A stretch of 63,800 bases of DNA, the filler included, from Octopus bimaculoides (lineage: Eukaryota): the NCBI RefSeq assembly GCF_001194135.2. It is 4 parts of 4 records of this genome, joined end to end, with 100 filler letters (N's around TTAATTAATTAA, not from the genome) between each part and the next. Parts side by side here need not be neighbours in the genome. Positions count along the whole stretch, not along the records: positions 47,435 to 61,777 come from NC_069010.1; positions 61,878 to 63,800 come from NW_026339194.1; 2 more parts are not named here. One strand, 5' to 3'. Numbering within the stretch: position 1 is the first letter of the stretch; each line of letters opens with the position of its first letter. This document shows, piece by piece, positions 53,594 through 63,800 of this stretch. The notes under the pieces were generated by a model. It was not told the origin of the DNA and searched no databases. It saw only the letters and a program-made list of their open reading frames with translations. The position numbers and the translations under genes are program-made.

Positions 53594-54218
53594 ATATATA
53601 TATATATATATATATAAGAAAAGCAACAAACATTTTTATTGTGTGTCCATGAATATGATTGTAGAAAGCATAGGACTAAATTTGGATGGATCGGAAGCAA
53701 TGAAAGCAATTGTAAAGGACAAGACAAATGAAACAGATCTTCCAAGGAAAATCTGACACTGAATAACACAATGACCAGTAGTTATTGTAAGTGGATATAA
53801 AATGGGAATGATTCTGTAAACCACAAAGCCATTTCTACAAATCTACTCTGCAGACAGCAATCGATTGTGTAAATGAATGTTTCAAGCCTGAGGTGAAAAT
53901 GCAGGGACTTTCAGAAACGTAATGTAATATTAAGTTGAGATTAATCCATGTTGTGAATGTCTAGCTTTTGTACAAACGACCGGAAATTAGAGAGAGTAAA
54001 AATCACACACATATATATATGTATATATATGTGCATGTGTGTATGCATGTATGTATGTATTTCTGGCTGTATGTATGTATGTATTTTTGTATGTATGTAT
54101 GTAAGAATGTGTGTATGTATGAATGTATGTGTATGTATGTATATATGTAAGAATGTATGTATATATGTAAGAATGTAAGTATATATAGATGTATGTGTGT
54201 GTATGAATGTATGTACAT

Positions 54219-54250
<32 letters not shown>

Positions 54251-54985
54251 CATATTTATATGTCTGTATACGTATGTATATATATGTATGTATGCATATG
54301 TATGTATTTGTAAGTATGTGTATGTGTGTGTACACATATATGTATGTGTGTATGTATATATATGAATGTGTGTGTGTTNNNNNNNNNNNNNNNNNNNNNN
54401 NNNNNNNNNNNNNNNNNNNNNNNNNNNNNNNNNNNNNNNNNNNNNNNNNNNNNNNNNNNNNNNNNNNNNNNNNNNNNNNNNNNNNNNNNNNNNNNNNNNN
54501 NNNNNNNNNNNNNNNNNNNNNNNNNNNNNNNNNNNNNNNNNNNNNNNNNNNNNNNNNNNNNNNNNNNNNNNNNNNNNNNNNNNNNNNNNNNNNNNNNNNN
54601 NNNNNNNNNNNNNNNNNNNNNNNNNNNNNNNNNNNNNNNNNNNNNNNNNNNNNNNNNNNNNNNNNNNNNNNNNNNNNNNNNNNNNNNNNNNNNNNNNNNN
54701 NNNNNNNNNNNNNNNNNNNNNNNNNNNNNNNNNNNNNNNNNNNNNNNNNNNNNNNNNNNNNNNNNNNNNNNNNNNNNNNNNNNNNNNNNNNNNNNNNNNN
54801 NNNNNNNNNNNNNNNNNNNNNNNNNNNNNNNNNNNNNNNNNNNNNNNNNNNNNNNNNNNNNNNNNNNNNNNNNNNNNNNNNNNNNNNNNNNNNNNNNNNN
54901 NNNNNNNNNNNNNNNNNNNNNNNNNNNNNNNNNNNNNNNNNNNNNNNNNNNNNNNNNNNNNNNNNNNNNNNNNNNNNNNNNNNNN

Positions 54986-55056
<71 letters not shown>

Positions 55057-55819
55057 ATATAAACATGACAGGCTTCTTTCAGTTTCCGTCTACCAAATCC
55101 ACTCACAAGGCTTTGGCTGCTCCGAGACTGTAGTAGAAGACACTTGTCCAACGTGCCATTCAGTGGGACTGAACCCAGAACCATGTGGTTGTCCTTTGAT
55201 TAATTTTTATCCTTCAGCTATTTAATCTAGGACAGTTATAACTTCCTCTCCTAGATATGTTGCAAAACTTCTGGAATGTACCTTGTGTGTGTGTGTGTGT
55301 GTGTGTGTGTGAGTGAGAGACGTCTTCCAGATTTTGTCTACCAAATCCACTCACAAGTCTTTGGTCTGCTCGGGGCCATAGTTGTAGAAGACCTTGCTCC
55401 ATGTGCCACACTGGCACTGAACCCAAGGCCACATGATTAAGGGGGCTAGCTAACTTCATCAACAGGAATGGTCATGGCTGGAACACACTTATAATAACCA
55501 TGGGTCTTACTTGATCGAGCGCTGAGATGAATCTGCAACGTCATCATCATCATCATCATCGTCAACAACAGCAACAGCAACAACAACAACAACAACATCA
55601 ACAACAAAAGAAAACAAACTAATGTCATACATGTACATGCACATGATTCCATTAAGAAAATAACACCATTAATTAGCATGACAATTATTAATTTGATTTT
55701 CATGATTTTAATTAACTGGTTCATCAATTTGTTTTTAATTAATTAGTTTTTTCATTAATCAAATTATTTGTTCACGAATTAACCTGTCTGTTCATTCCTT
55801 CAATAGTCTTTTTGTTATA

Positions 55820-55858
<39 letters not shown>

Positions 55859-56763
55859 TTGTTTAGAGTTCTGTCTTTCATCTTTTACTGTCTTTTTTTC
55901 TTTCTCTATTTTTTTTCTTTATTTTAAATTTTAAATTCATTTTTATTTTTTAGAATTGTAAAATTTTATTTTTCCTTTTCATAGAATTTCTTTTCTTNNN
56001 NNNNNNNNNNNNNNNNNNNNNNNNNNNNNNNNNNNNNNNNNNNNNNNNNNNNNNNNNNNNNNNNNNNNNNNNNNNNNNNNNNNNNNNNNNNNNNNNNNNN
56101 NNNNNNNNNNNNNNNNNNNNNNNNNNNNNNNNNNNNNNNNNNNNNNNNNNNNNNNNNNNNNNNNNNNNNNNNNNNNNNNNNNNNNNNNNNNNNNNNNNNN
56201 NNNNNNNNNNNNNNNNNNNNNNNNNNNNNNNNNNNNNNNNNNNNNNNNNNNNNNNNNNNNNNNNNNNNNNNNNNNNNNNNNNNNNNNNNNNNNNNNNNNN
56301 NNNNNNNNNNNNNNNNNNNNNNNNNNNNNNNNNNNNNNNNNNNNNNNNNNNNNNNNNNNNNNNNNNNNNNNNNNNNNNNNNNNNNNNNNNNNNNNNNNNN
56401 NNNNNNNNNNNNNNNNNNNNNNNNNNNNNNNNNNNNNNNNNNNNNNNNNNNNNNNNNNNNNNNNNNNNNNNNNNNNNNNNNNNNNNNNNNNNNNNNNNNN
56501 NNNNNNNNNNNNNNNNNNNNNNNATTTTTTCCAAGATCTTTAGGTTCTGAGTTCAAATATAACCACAGTCGACTTTACCTTTCATCTTTTCAGGGGTCAA
56601 TGAAATTAAGATCCCAGTCAAGTACTGGAATTGATATTTTTGACTTACCCCCACCTCTAAAATTGCTGGCCCCTTGCCAAAATTTGAAACCATTGAAATC
56701 ATTATTATTATTATTATTATCTTTTTTCTTGTTTTTCATTTTTTTTTAGTTTTTTCATTGGTT

Positions 56764-57966
56764 TCAGCAACTGGATATTTTTTTGGTTTCATTTATGTTA
56801 TTTAATCCTGTATCAGCAAGTTCGTTTCGCTGTGAATGCAGTTGCACCTGTTCCTGTATTTGAACCTGCCTCTTCGAAGTGCAAAACATGTTAACACAAG
56901 CCCTGTAAATCCTTTTGTCCATGGCACCATATATAAGCGGATTGACTGTATTGGCGACCGCGTACAGCACAGTTATAACAGCATATACACTGCCGCTGTA
57001 CTGTAACTGGCGGTCAATGCTGCGAATTATTCCATAAGGAATATACCCAACGTAAATTACTAAGAAGACAATACCAAACATTTTGGTAATTTGTATTTCA
57101 CGGCGTAACCATTCACTGTTTTGACTTGAACGTAATGCGGCAGAAGCAATGTAAGATTTTATGAAAATTGCCACATAGCAGACAATCACAAGGATGGATG
57201 GTATAATCATAAGAACGACACTGACCAGCGTTTTAAAAAGTACAAATTCCTCTTTGATCAGACACCGCAACAGTTTCGGTTCGTATTTGACCATGTTGCC
57301 GAGGTCCGGATTCAACAGAAAGCACAACGGTACAACCCTTGAGAAAGTCAAGACGAAGGCTGTGTAAATGTTTTTTGACATCGTCATGTAGAACTGGTTG
57401 CAAACGACCACAAGGAAGCGGTGTACTGCTATGAGTCCCGTGTGCCACAGCGAGCAACCCATTAACAGCACAGTGAAATGTGCCAACGACTCGCAGTGCA
57501 AGAGGTTGCTGGGCCAGGATCTGAAAAAATAGGACACGGTTACCATGGCGTTGTTAAGCAGCAGGTTCATAAGGTCATTGATACATAAGCTAGTGACAAA
57601 TATATTGATTATGTTTTTCATATGTTTGCGGTTCCACAAAGCTGCCAGGATGACCAAATTGCCGCAGAGTCCGGCCACAGTGGCCAAAAGCATAACGACA
57701 CCGCCAGCATAAAGGATCCCAGACGGGATGATTTCTTCTGAGGTCTGATTAGTGGAGAGAGCTTTCCAGAAATTTCCATCATCCATGAAGCTGCTTCCGC
57801 TGTCATCGCGGACGCCAACAACACCACCGCTGACAGCAGCAACAACATTGTGACTATTATCCAACGTCACTGTACTACTGGCACCACCACCAACAAGAAC
57901 AGCAACATCACTAGCAAAACCACCACCACCACCACCAACTTCATCTGATCCCAATAATCTTCCCAT
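56764..57966 (-). CDS. Intronless class A (rhodopsin-like) GPCR, melatonin-receptor/Moody/Tre1/GPR84-like orphan receptor
   Basis: Part of ORF 56764-58296 with seven hydrophobic segments and class A motifs: TM1 GN (AGLCGNLVIL), TM2 LCIND, TM3 Cys (LLHCE) and HRF at the DRY position, ECL2 Cys (LLRCL), TM5 IIP..CY, TM6 GYIP, TM7 NPLIY. N-terminal sequon NQT. Likely start is ATG 57966 (agaATGG, 400 aa) or 57786 (340 aa); the ORF upstream of that is low-complexity. Subfamily assignment is from motif memory only. Confidence 0.9.
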   Translation of the reverse strand: MGRLLGSDEVGGGGGGFASDVAVLVGGGASSTVTLDNSHNVVAAVSGGVVGVRDDSGSSFMDDGNFWKALSTNQTSEEIIPSGILYAGGVVMLLATVAGLCGNLVILAALWNRKHMKNIINIFVTSLCINDLMNLLLNNAMVTVSYFFRSWPSNLLHCESLAHFTVLLMGCSLWHTGLIAVHRFLVVVCNQFYMTMSKNIYTAFVLTFSRVVPLCFLLNPDLGNMVKYEPKLLRCLIKEEFVLFKTLVSVVLMIIPSILVIVCYVAIFIKSYIASAALRSSQNSEWLRREIQITKMFGIVFLVIYVGYIPYGIIRSIDRQLQYSGSVYAVITVLYAVANTVNPLIYGAMDKRIYRACVNMFCTSKRQVQIQEQVQLHSQRNELADTGLNNINETKKISSC

Positions 57967-59098
57967 TCTGAATGCACCAACTTCTCCCCCTCCGCTTCCA
58001 CCTACTCTACTCCTTTGTAGCCAAGCACCGGTTCCCTTTCTTTCTTCACCTCTATTTCCTCTTCCTCCTCTACAATAGCCTCCCACTCCAAATCTTCTGC
58101 CCACTCCTACTCTTGCTTCTTTGCTTTTTCCTTCTTTTCTGTCTCCTTTCTCTAAAACAGCGGCTTTACAGACTCCAGGTGTGTTATTGTAACGGCTGGA
58201 AAGAGGAACGATGATTTGAAACTGGGTTGTAGCACATACTGTCATCATAGGACTCTTATAGAAATATATATAATTTGCGTGTATATATACATGCATATAT
58301 ATATATGTATATATTTATATGTATGCGTGTGTATATGTGTGTCTGTAAATATTTATCTGTTTATAGGCATGTAAGAAAGGTTCATTTTACCCAAATTGTT
58401 ACTTTTAACTCAATGTTTACACACTAGTCTTTATAGCTTTATTTACTTCGTGTTCTGCAGTTGAAAATGAATTATATATATATATATATGTGTGTATTTC
58501 TTCTATGCAGCATACTGTTCATTATGCGTAACTTTATATTTTGATTATTTATAAAATGTTCATCACCACCTTTTGAACTTTTGTCTACCTGTAGTAACCT
58601 CTCATGAGCTCCATCTGTCCAACTCTTATTTCCATCATTCCATTTGTGCTGTTTTACCTTCCAAACTTCTATTTATGGTTGATACCCAGCAAATGTTTAT
58701 ATATTAATATTTTTATATATGTTTTTGTCCTGGCATGTGACTGCAAGTGAATGATTGCTGCTGATAAAGCACAGAAAAGCAGAAATGTGCATGTAACAAC
58801 CCCACCATAAATGCTGGATGATTTCTGTCTGCTATTGATATACTTCTGAGATATCTGTGAAGAGATATCTCCAGACAGATACCGCAGTTAATATAGCTTT
58901 CTATGATGTATCTGCATCAAGTATGAAGCACAGATTGCTATTTTGACCTAATACTGCTTCTCTGGCATATAATAAATATGTTTATATATATATATATATG
59001 TAACAAAACTGTTTATATATAACAAAACTGTCCGATGAGCGGGAACGTGAAACTCCAAGGAACAGTCTTCTGTTATATTTCTGCTGCTTTTAAATAAA

Positions 59099-59165
<67 letters not shown>

Positions 59166-60344
59166 GTCAGCTGTCTATATGTCAGGAAAAAAAGCACAAT
59201 CTAAAGAAAACTTTGAGCAGTTCTATTTCCTCAGTTACATATGTGTGTGCATGTGTATATATATATGTGTGTGTGTGTATATATGTGTGTGCACGAGTAT
59301 ATATGTGTATGTATGTATGTATGTATGTATTTATATTTTTGTTATGTTTGGTGCTCACAAAGTAATCGCTGTTCCCCTTCTCGTTATCATCACCGTGATC
59401 CCCATTAAGATAACGATCATTATAATGTTTGTCTTCATCCTTCCTTGATCCCTTCGTTTAATTAAGTATTGATTCTGCTGGGCATTATTAACTTAATCTA
59501 CGTCGTTTTAAGCTTCATCACACATCACACCCTTTTTTTTTCATATGAAGACTCTACAGGACTACGTAGTCACACATCGTATCTGGAGAAGGGTGGGATT
59601 CGAAAGAGAGCGTAACTGTTGTTTCTAGCACACCCAATGACAACGTAGAGGCATTTTTGTTGTTGAGGTGATAGTCGCTGGTAGTGGTGGCCGTGTTGTC
59701 GCACCTGCTCGTTTTGTTCTTGTTCTTGCTGCTGCTGCTGCTGCTGGCGATGATGATGATGATGATGATGATGATGTTGTTGTTGTTGTTCTGGTAATTT
59801 CTAACAGCTTATTAATCCAGCAGCCGTATCTCTGACAACCTCATATAACGTAAAAAAAAAATTTTTTAATTTTAAAAAAATTAAAAAATAAAAAAAAAAA
59901 TTTTTTTAAAAACCTCAAAACAAAAAAAAAACCCCCAGATAAAATGAGATATATAAATGAAATCCTTGGATTATTTAATCTCTAGATTAATCTACAAGAA
60001 GCGGAAGACACATCTCTGTGTCTTCATTTTCTGTGGTCGTTGCACTTTGATTTCAAGACACTTGGTAACACCAAAAGAAACAAAAAAAAAAAAAAAAAAA
60101 AAAAAAAAAANNNNNNNNNNNNNNNNNNNNNNNNNNNNNNNNNNNNNNNNNNNNNNNNNNNNNNNNNNNNNNNNNNNNNNNNNNNNNNNNNNNNNNNNNN
60201 NNNNNNNNNNNNNNNNNNNNNNNNNNNNNNNNNNNNNNNNNNNNNNNNNNNNNTAGAAAATGCAGTCGCAGGAAAAAAAAGATATTGTCTGGATGACCTC
60301 TGGCAACGTTGGAGGAGTTTGCTCTGGAAAGAGAAAGGAAACAA

Positions 60345-60392
60345 CAATGATAATAATAATAATAATAATGATGATAATAATAAAGATAATAT

Positions 60393-60432
<40 letters not shown>

Positions 60433-60740
60433 ATAGAATAATGATGATGATGACGATGATGATGATGAGGTGGATGATGATGATGACGATGATGATGAGG
60501 AGGATGATGATGATGACGATGATGATGAGGAGGATGATGATGATGAGGAGGATGATGAGGATGATATAGAATAATGATGATGATGACGATGATGATGAGG
60601 AGGAGGATGATGAGGAGGGTGATGATGATGATGAGGAGGATGATGGTGATGATGATGAAGATGATGATGATGATATAAAATAATGATGATGATGACGACG
60701 ATGATGATGATGATGATGATAATAATTAGGATATAGAATA
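60345..60740. repeat. (GAT/GAG/GAC)n trinucleotide array with higher-order units punctuated by gatatagaataat
   Basis: The marker gatata(g/a)aataat recurs at about 60430, 60562, 60672 and 60730. Confidence 0.75.
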
Positions 60741-61483
60741 ATAACCGGTGTTAGTTTGTTTACATCCCTATAACTTAGCAGTTTAGCAACTAGAAAAAAA
60801 ATCCAATGGAATAATTACAAAATTAAAAAGAAAATAATTACTGGTATGGCTTTGTTCATCTAAAACCCTTTAAGGCAGTGCCCCAGCATGGCCGCAATTC
60901 AATGATTGAAACCAGTAAAAGCTAAATGCTATGGAATACAAGCAATGCTGTTGACACAGATTTTACATGGCTTTCTTCCTGAAACTCCATTTTAAACATG
61001 GTTTTATTTGTTTCTTATTTTCATAATTTCCATTGTTGTGCTTTGTGTTCTGTTTGTTTTTCCAGCCATCTTCCACAGTAGTTTCGTTTGTATATTTTCC
61101 GGTTTCTACGGAGACAGAAAACAATTTTTCTTTGATGTTTAATAAGCCATTTGTATTAGTGTTTTTTTCCCTCATCTTCTTAGGAAGATATCTTCCTAGT
61201 CTGCCATGAATGTTTTACAATAGTTTTTCACTTTACCTCTACGTCTTTGCATGCAAAGAAAGTTGTAATCTCTCTGAATTAATCTTTGCGGAGGCATGTA
61301 GCTTAGCAGTTAAGACTGTGGTTTCGATCTCTGGATCAGGCAGTGTGTTGTGTTCTTGAGCAAGACACTTCATTTCACGTTGCTCAAGTCCATCCAAGCT
61401 TTCAAAAATGTCTAATTCTGCAACAGACCAGCATCCCATCCAGGAGTTAAATATATACACCAAAGAAAGGCTTCTCCTAAGCC

Positions 61484-61712
61484 AGGGGTTTTAAAACTGT
61501 GGTCTGCGGACCACAGGGGGTCTGCAAGGACAAGACAGGGGGTCCGTAGACAGCAAATACTTTTTATGGGCAATTTGATTTTATATATATTTTTTATCGA
61601 AATCTTTTAATTGACAATAAACCTATTTGTTAAATACTGTTAAATAAATAAATGCAAAAATATGTTATTTTAAGCAAATATTTCTGTATAAATTTCATAA
61701 GCGTTTATAAGG
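61484..61712 (+). mobile_element. hAT-type (Charlie-like) 5' terminal fragment
   Basis: caggggttttaaaactgtggtctgcggaccacagggggtc resembles hAT/Charlie termini; no matching right end seen. Confidence 0.45.
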
Positions 61713-61714
61713 GG

Positions 61715-61777
61715 GACATGGAGAAAGCCTTTGACAGGGTCCCCCGATCCCTTATCTGGTGGTCAATGAGGAAACTT
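61715..61777 (+). mobile_element. LINE (RTE-like) reverse transcriptase fragment ending at a gap
   Basis: DMEKAFDRVPRSLIWWSMRKL. Confidence 0.7.
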
Positions 61778-62027
61778 NNNNNNNNNNNNNNNNNNNNNNN
61801 NNNNNNNNNNNNNNNNNNNNNTTAATTAATTAANNNNNNNNNNNNNNNNNNNNNNNNNNNNNNNNNNNNNNNNNNNNATACACACATATACATAAATACA
61901 TATTGAAAAAGTTCGTTATAGGTGTAAAGATACCATAAACAAGTATAAAAATGGAGAAAAGATGTTAAAATCAAAATTGGATTTAATACATACGAACGTT
62001 TCAAAAGACAATACAACTATGCAAACC

Positions 62028-62325
62028 TTCTGAGTGGATTTGGTAGACGGAAACTGAAAGAAGCATGTCGTATATATGTATATATTTATATGTATGTGTG
62101 TGTATATGTTTGTGTGTCTGTGTTTGTCCCCCAGCATCGCTTGACAATCGATGCTGGTGCGTTTACGTCCCCGTAACTTAGCGTTTCGGCAAAAGAGATC
62201 GATAGAATAAGTAGTAGGCTTACAAAGAATAAGTCCTGGGGATCGATTTGTTCGACTAAAAGGCAGTGCTCCAGCATGGCCACAGTCAAATGACTGAAAC
62301 AAGTAAAAGAGTAAAAGAGTAAAGA
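62028..62325 (+). mobile_element. SINE family A, 5'-truncated. Further partial copies at about 3535-3670, 6660-6935(-), 8290-8410, 10900-11105, 12470-12610(-), 16040-16205, 44960-45150(-), 47870-48010(-), 51555-51750, 55066-55190(-), 55320-55440(-), 60745-60925
   Basis: Shared blocks gtgagtggatttggtagacggaaactgaaagaag and gatagaataagtac...gctccagcatggcc. Confidence 0.8.
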
Positions 62326-62852
62326 GTATATATACACACACACACACACAAACACAAACACACACATATATATATATATGAATGTGTGAGTGTGTGTACG
62401 TGTGTGTATATCTCTGCGCATGTGTAAGGCCAGACATCATACGATACGAGCCTATCCATTCCATATTCAATAAGATAAGCTTAAGCTTCATAAAAGATAT
62501 TGAAAAAGTCTATTCTCACCAGATGTCGATCGTATTTGACAACAACAAAAAAACAAACAAACAAAATAAAAGAACCGAAACGCTGTCTGTGTGTCTCTCG
62601 TTCGCCCTAACGCTCCGGCATCAACAAATTTCACCAGGCTCGCCATCTTTGCCATGTGTGCGTGCGTGTGTGTGTGTGTGCATGTATGTTTGTATATATA
62701 TATATATAAAGGTATTAGTTGTGTATGTATATCATATTTAAAGCTTATTGCTGGTTCTTTAGATTATCTTTACCTTAGGGATTTAAATACTAAATTTAGT
62801 CACATATACAAATATGTGTATATGTGTCTGTGTGTATGTATATATATATATG

Positions 62853-62883
<31 letters not shown>

Positions 62884-63036
62884 ATGTCTGGGAAGCTGTG
62901 ATTGAAAGTAAACAAACCAGTTCAAGACAAGTTCAAATGTTTTGAACTTGTAAATGGTTTTTGATTCCTATTTGTCATGGTTAAAAATATTCTTAGTTAG
63001 ATCAAGAAGATGGATGGATAGATAGATAGATAGATA

Positions 63037-63104
63037 GTGAGACTGAACCGCGTAGTGGGACTGAACCGTGCAGTGGGACTGAACCGTGCAGTGGGACTGA
63101 ACCC
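63037..63104 (-). repeat. 18-bp tandem repeat (about 3.7 copies) of a SINE B-box segment
   Basis: gtgggactgaaccgtgca units running into a SINE head remnant (cccgaaaccacatgatt...cttaaccacacaacc). Confidence 0.8.
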
Positions 63105-63234
63105 GAAACCACATGATTGCAAAGCGCATTTCTTAACCACACAACCATACCAATATATATATATTTATACGTGCACACACCCACATACATACACACATAA
63201 CACGTATATATATATATATATATGNNNNNNNNNN

Positions 63235-63280
<46 letters not shown>

Positions 63281-63800
63281 TGAGTGAGTGTGTGTGTATG
63301 TGTGCGTGCGTGTATATGGATAAATATATATGCATGCATACATCCATATATAGAAATCCATTCTAATGACAAAGGGAAAAGAGAGAATATGCGGAACACA
63401 CAGACAGACTGACTGACTGACAGGCAGGCAGGCAGAGATGCCAGCTGTCGCAGGATACATTGATAGTGACATTAGGAATGGGATTTCAACGATAATCCGT
63501 TAACCTGATAAACCAGAAGACACCCGCTTAGCCCTCGTCCTCCATGCAGCAAGGAGTGGGGGTTGTTTAAGACAGGATGTGTTCCATTCCGTAAAAGTGC
63601 CCCCGTATCTCAAGATAGCTTATGCCCGAGGAAGGGAGAGAGAGAGAGAGAGACAAGACTGCTGGAATTATTAAAGACACTTCACTGTCATACCCACAAC
63701 AACAACAACAGCTACTACTACAACTACTACAACTACAACTACTACAACTACTACTACTACTACTACTACTACTAGAAAGACGACATTGTCGATAATCGAT

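Noticed and set aside
57967-58296. Long N-terminal extension of the GPCR ORF (up to 510 aa)
   Set aside because: It starts in a (TA/CA) microsatellite and runs through low-complexity purine-rich sequence; more likely 5' UTR or intron left open by chance.

Overview
This is AT-rich, gap-ridden animal genomic DNA with many N-gaps, dense (TA)n/(CA)n/(TACA)n/(GATA)n microsatellites and abundant tRNA-derived SINEs. The repeat landscape resembles an octopus (cephalopod) draft assembly; that is an inference, not proven here. Almost all ORFs in the supplied track are microsatellite or gap artefacts. Two host genes are supported: (1) an intronless class A GPCR of melatonin-receptor/Moody/Tre1/GPR84 type on the minus strand at 56764-57966; (2) a spliced plus-strand gene invisible as a long ORF, whose four phase-compatible exons (38752-38996, 44706-44790, 45972-46204, 48147-48200) encode two tandem, divergent PLAT/LH2 domains. 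The rest is mobile-element debris: an R4/Dong-type LINE, RTE LINE pieces, three Penelope-like (GIY-YIG) fragments, several mariner relics and MITEs, a hAT relic, a piggyBac-type MITE and an end-to-end non-autonomous Helitron. The most unusual structures are a set of minimal hammerhead-ribozyme-like motifs in short cassettes beside microsatellites, a 3.3 kb array of alternating inverted repeats (30300-33640), an inverted second Helitron 3' end inside the Helitron, a SINE-mariner junction duplicated on both sides of a PLAT exon, and a CCA-bearing tRNA-Trp retrocopy between 19-bp direct repeats. All translations, alignments and identity values were read by eye.
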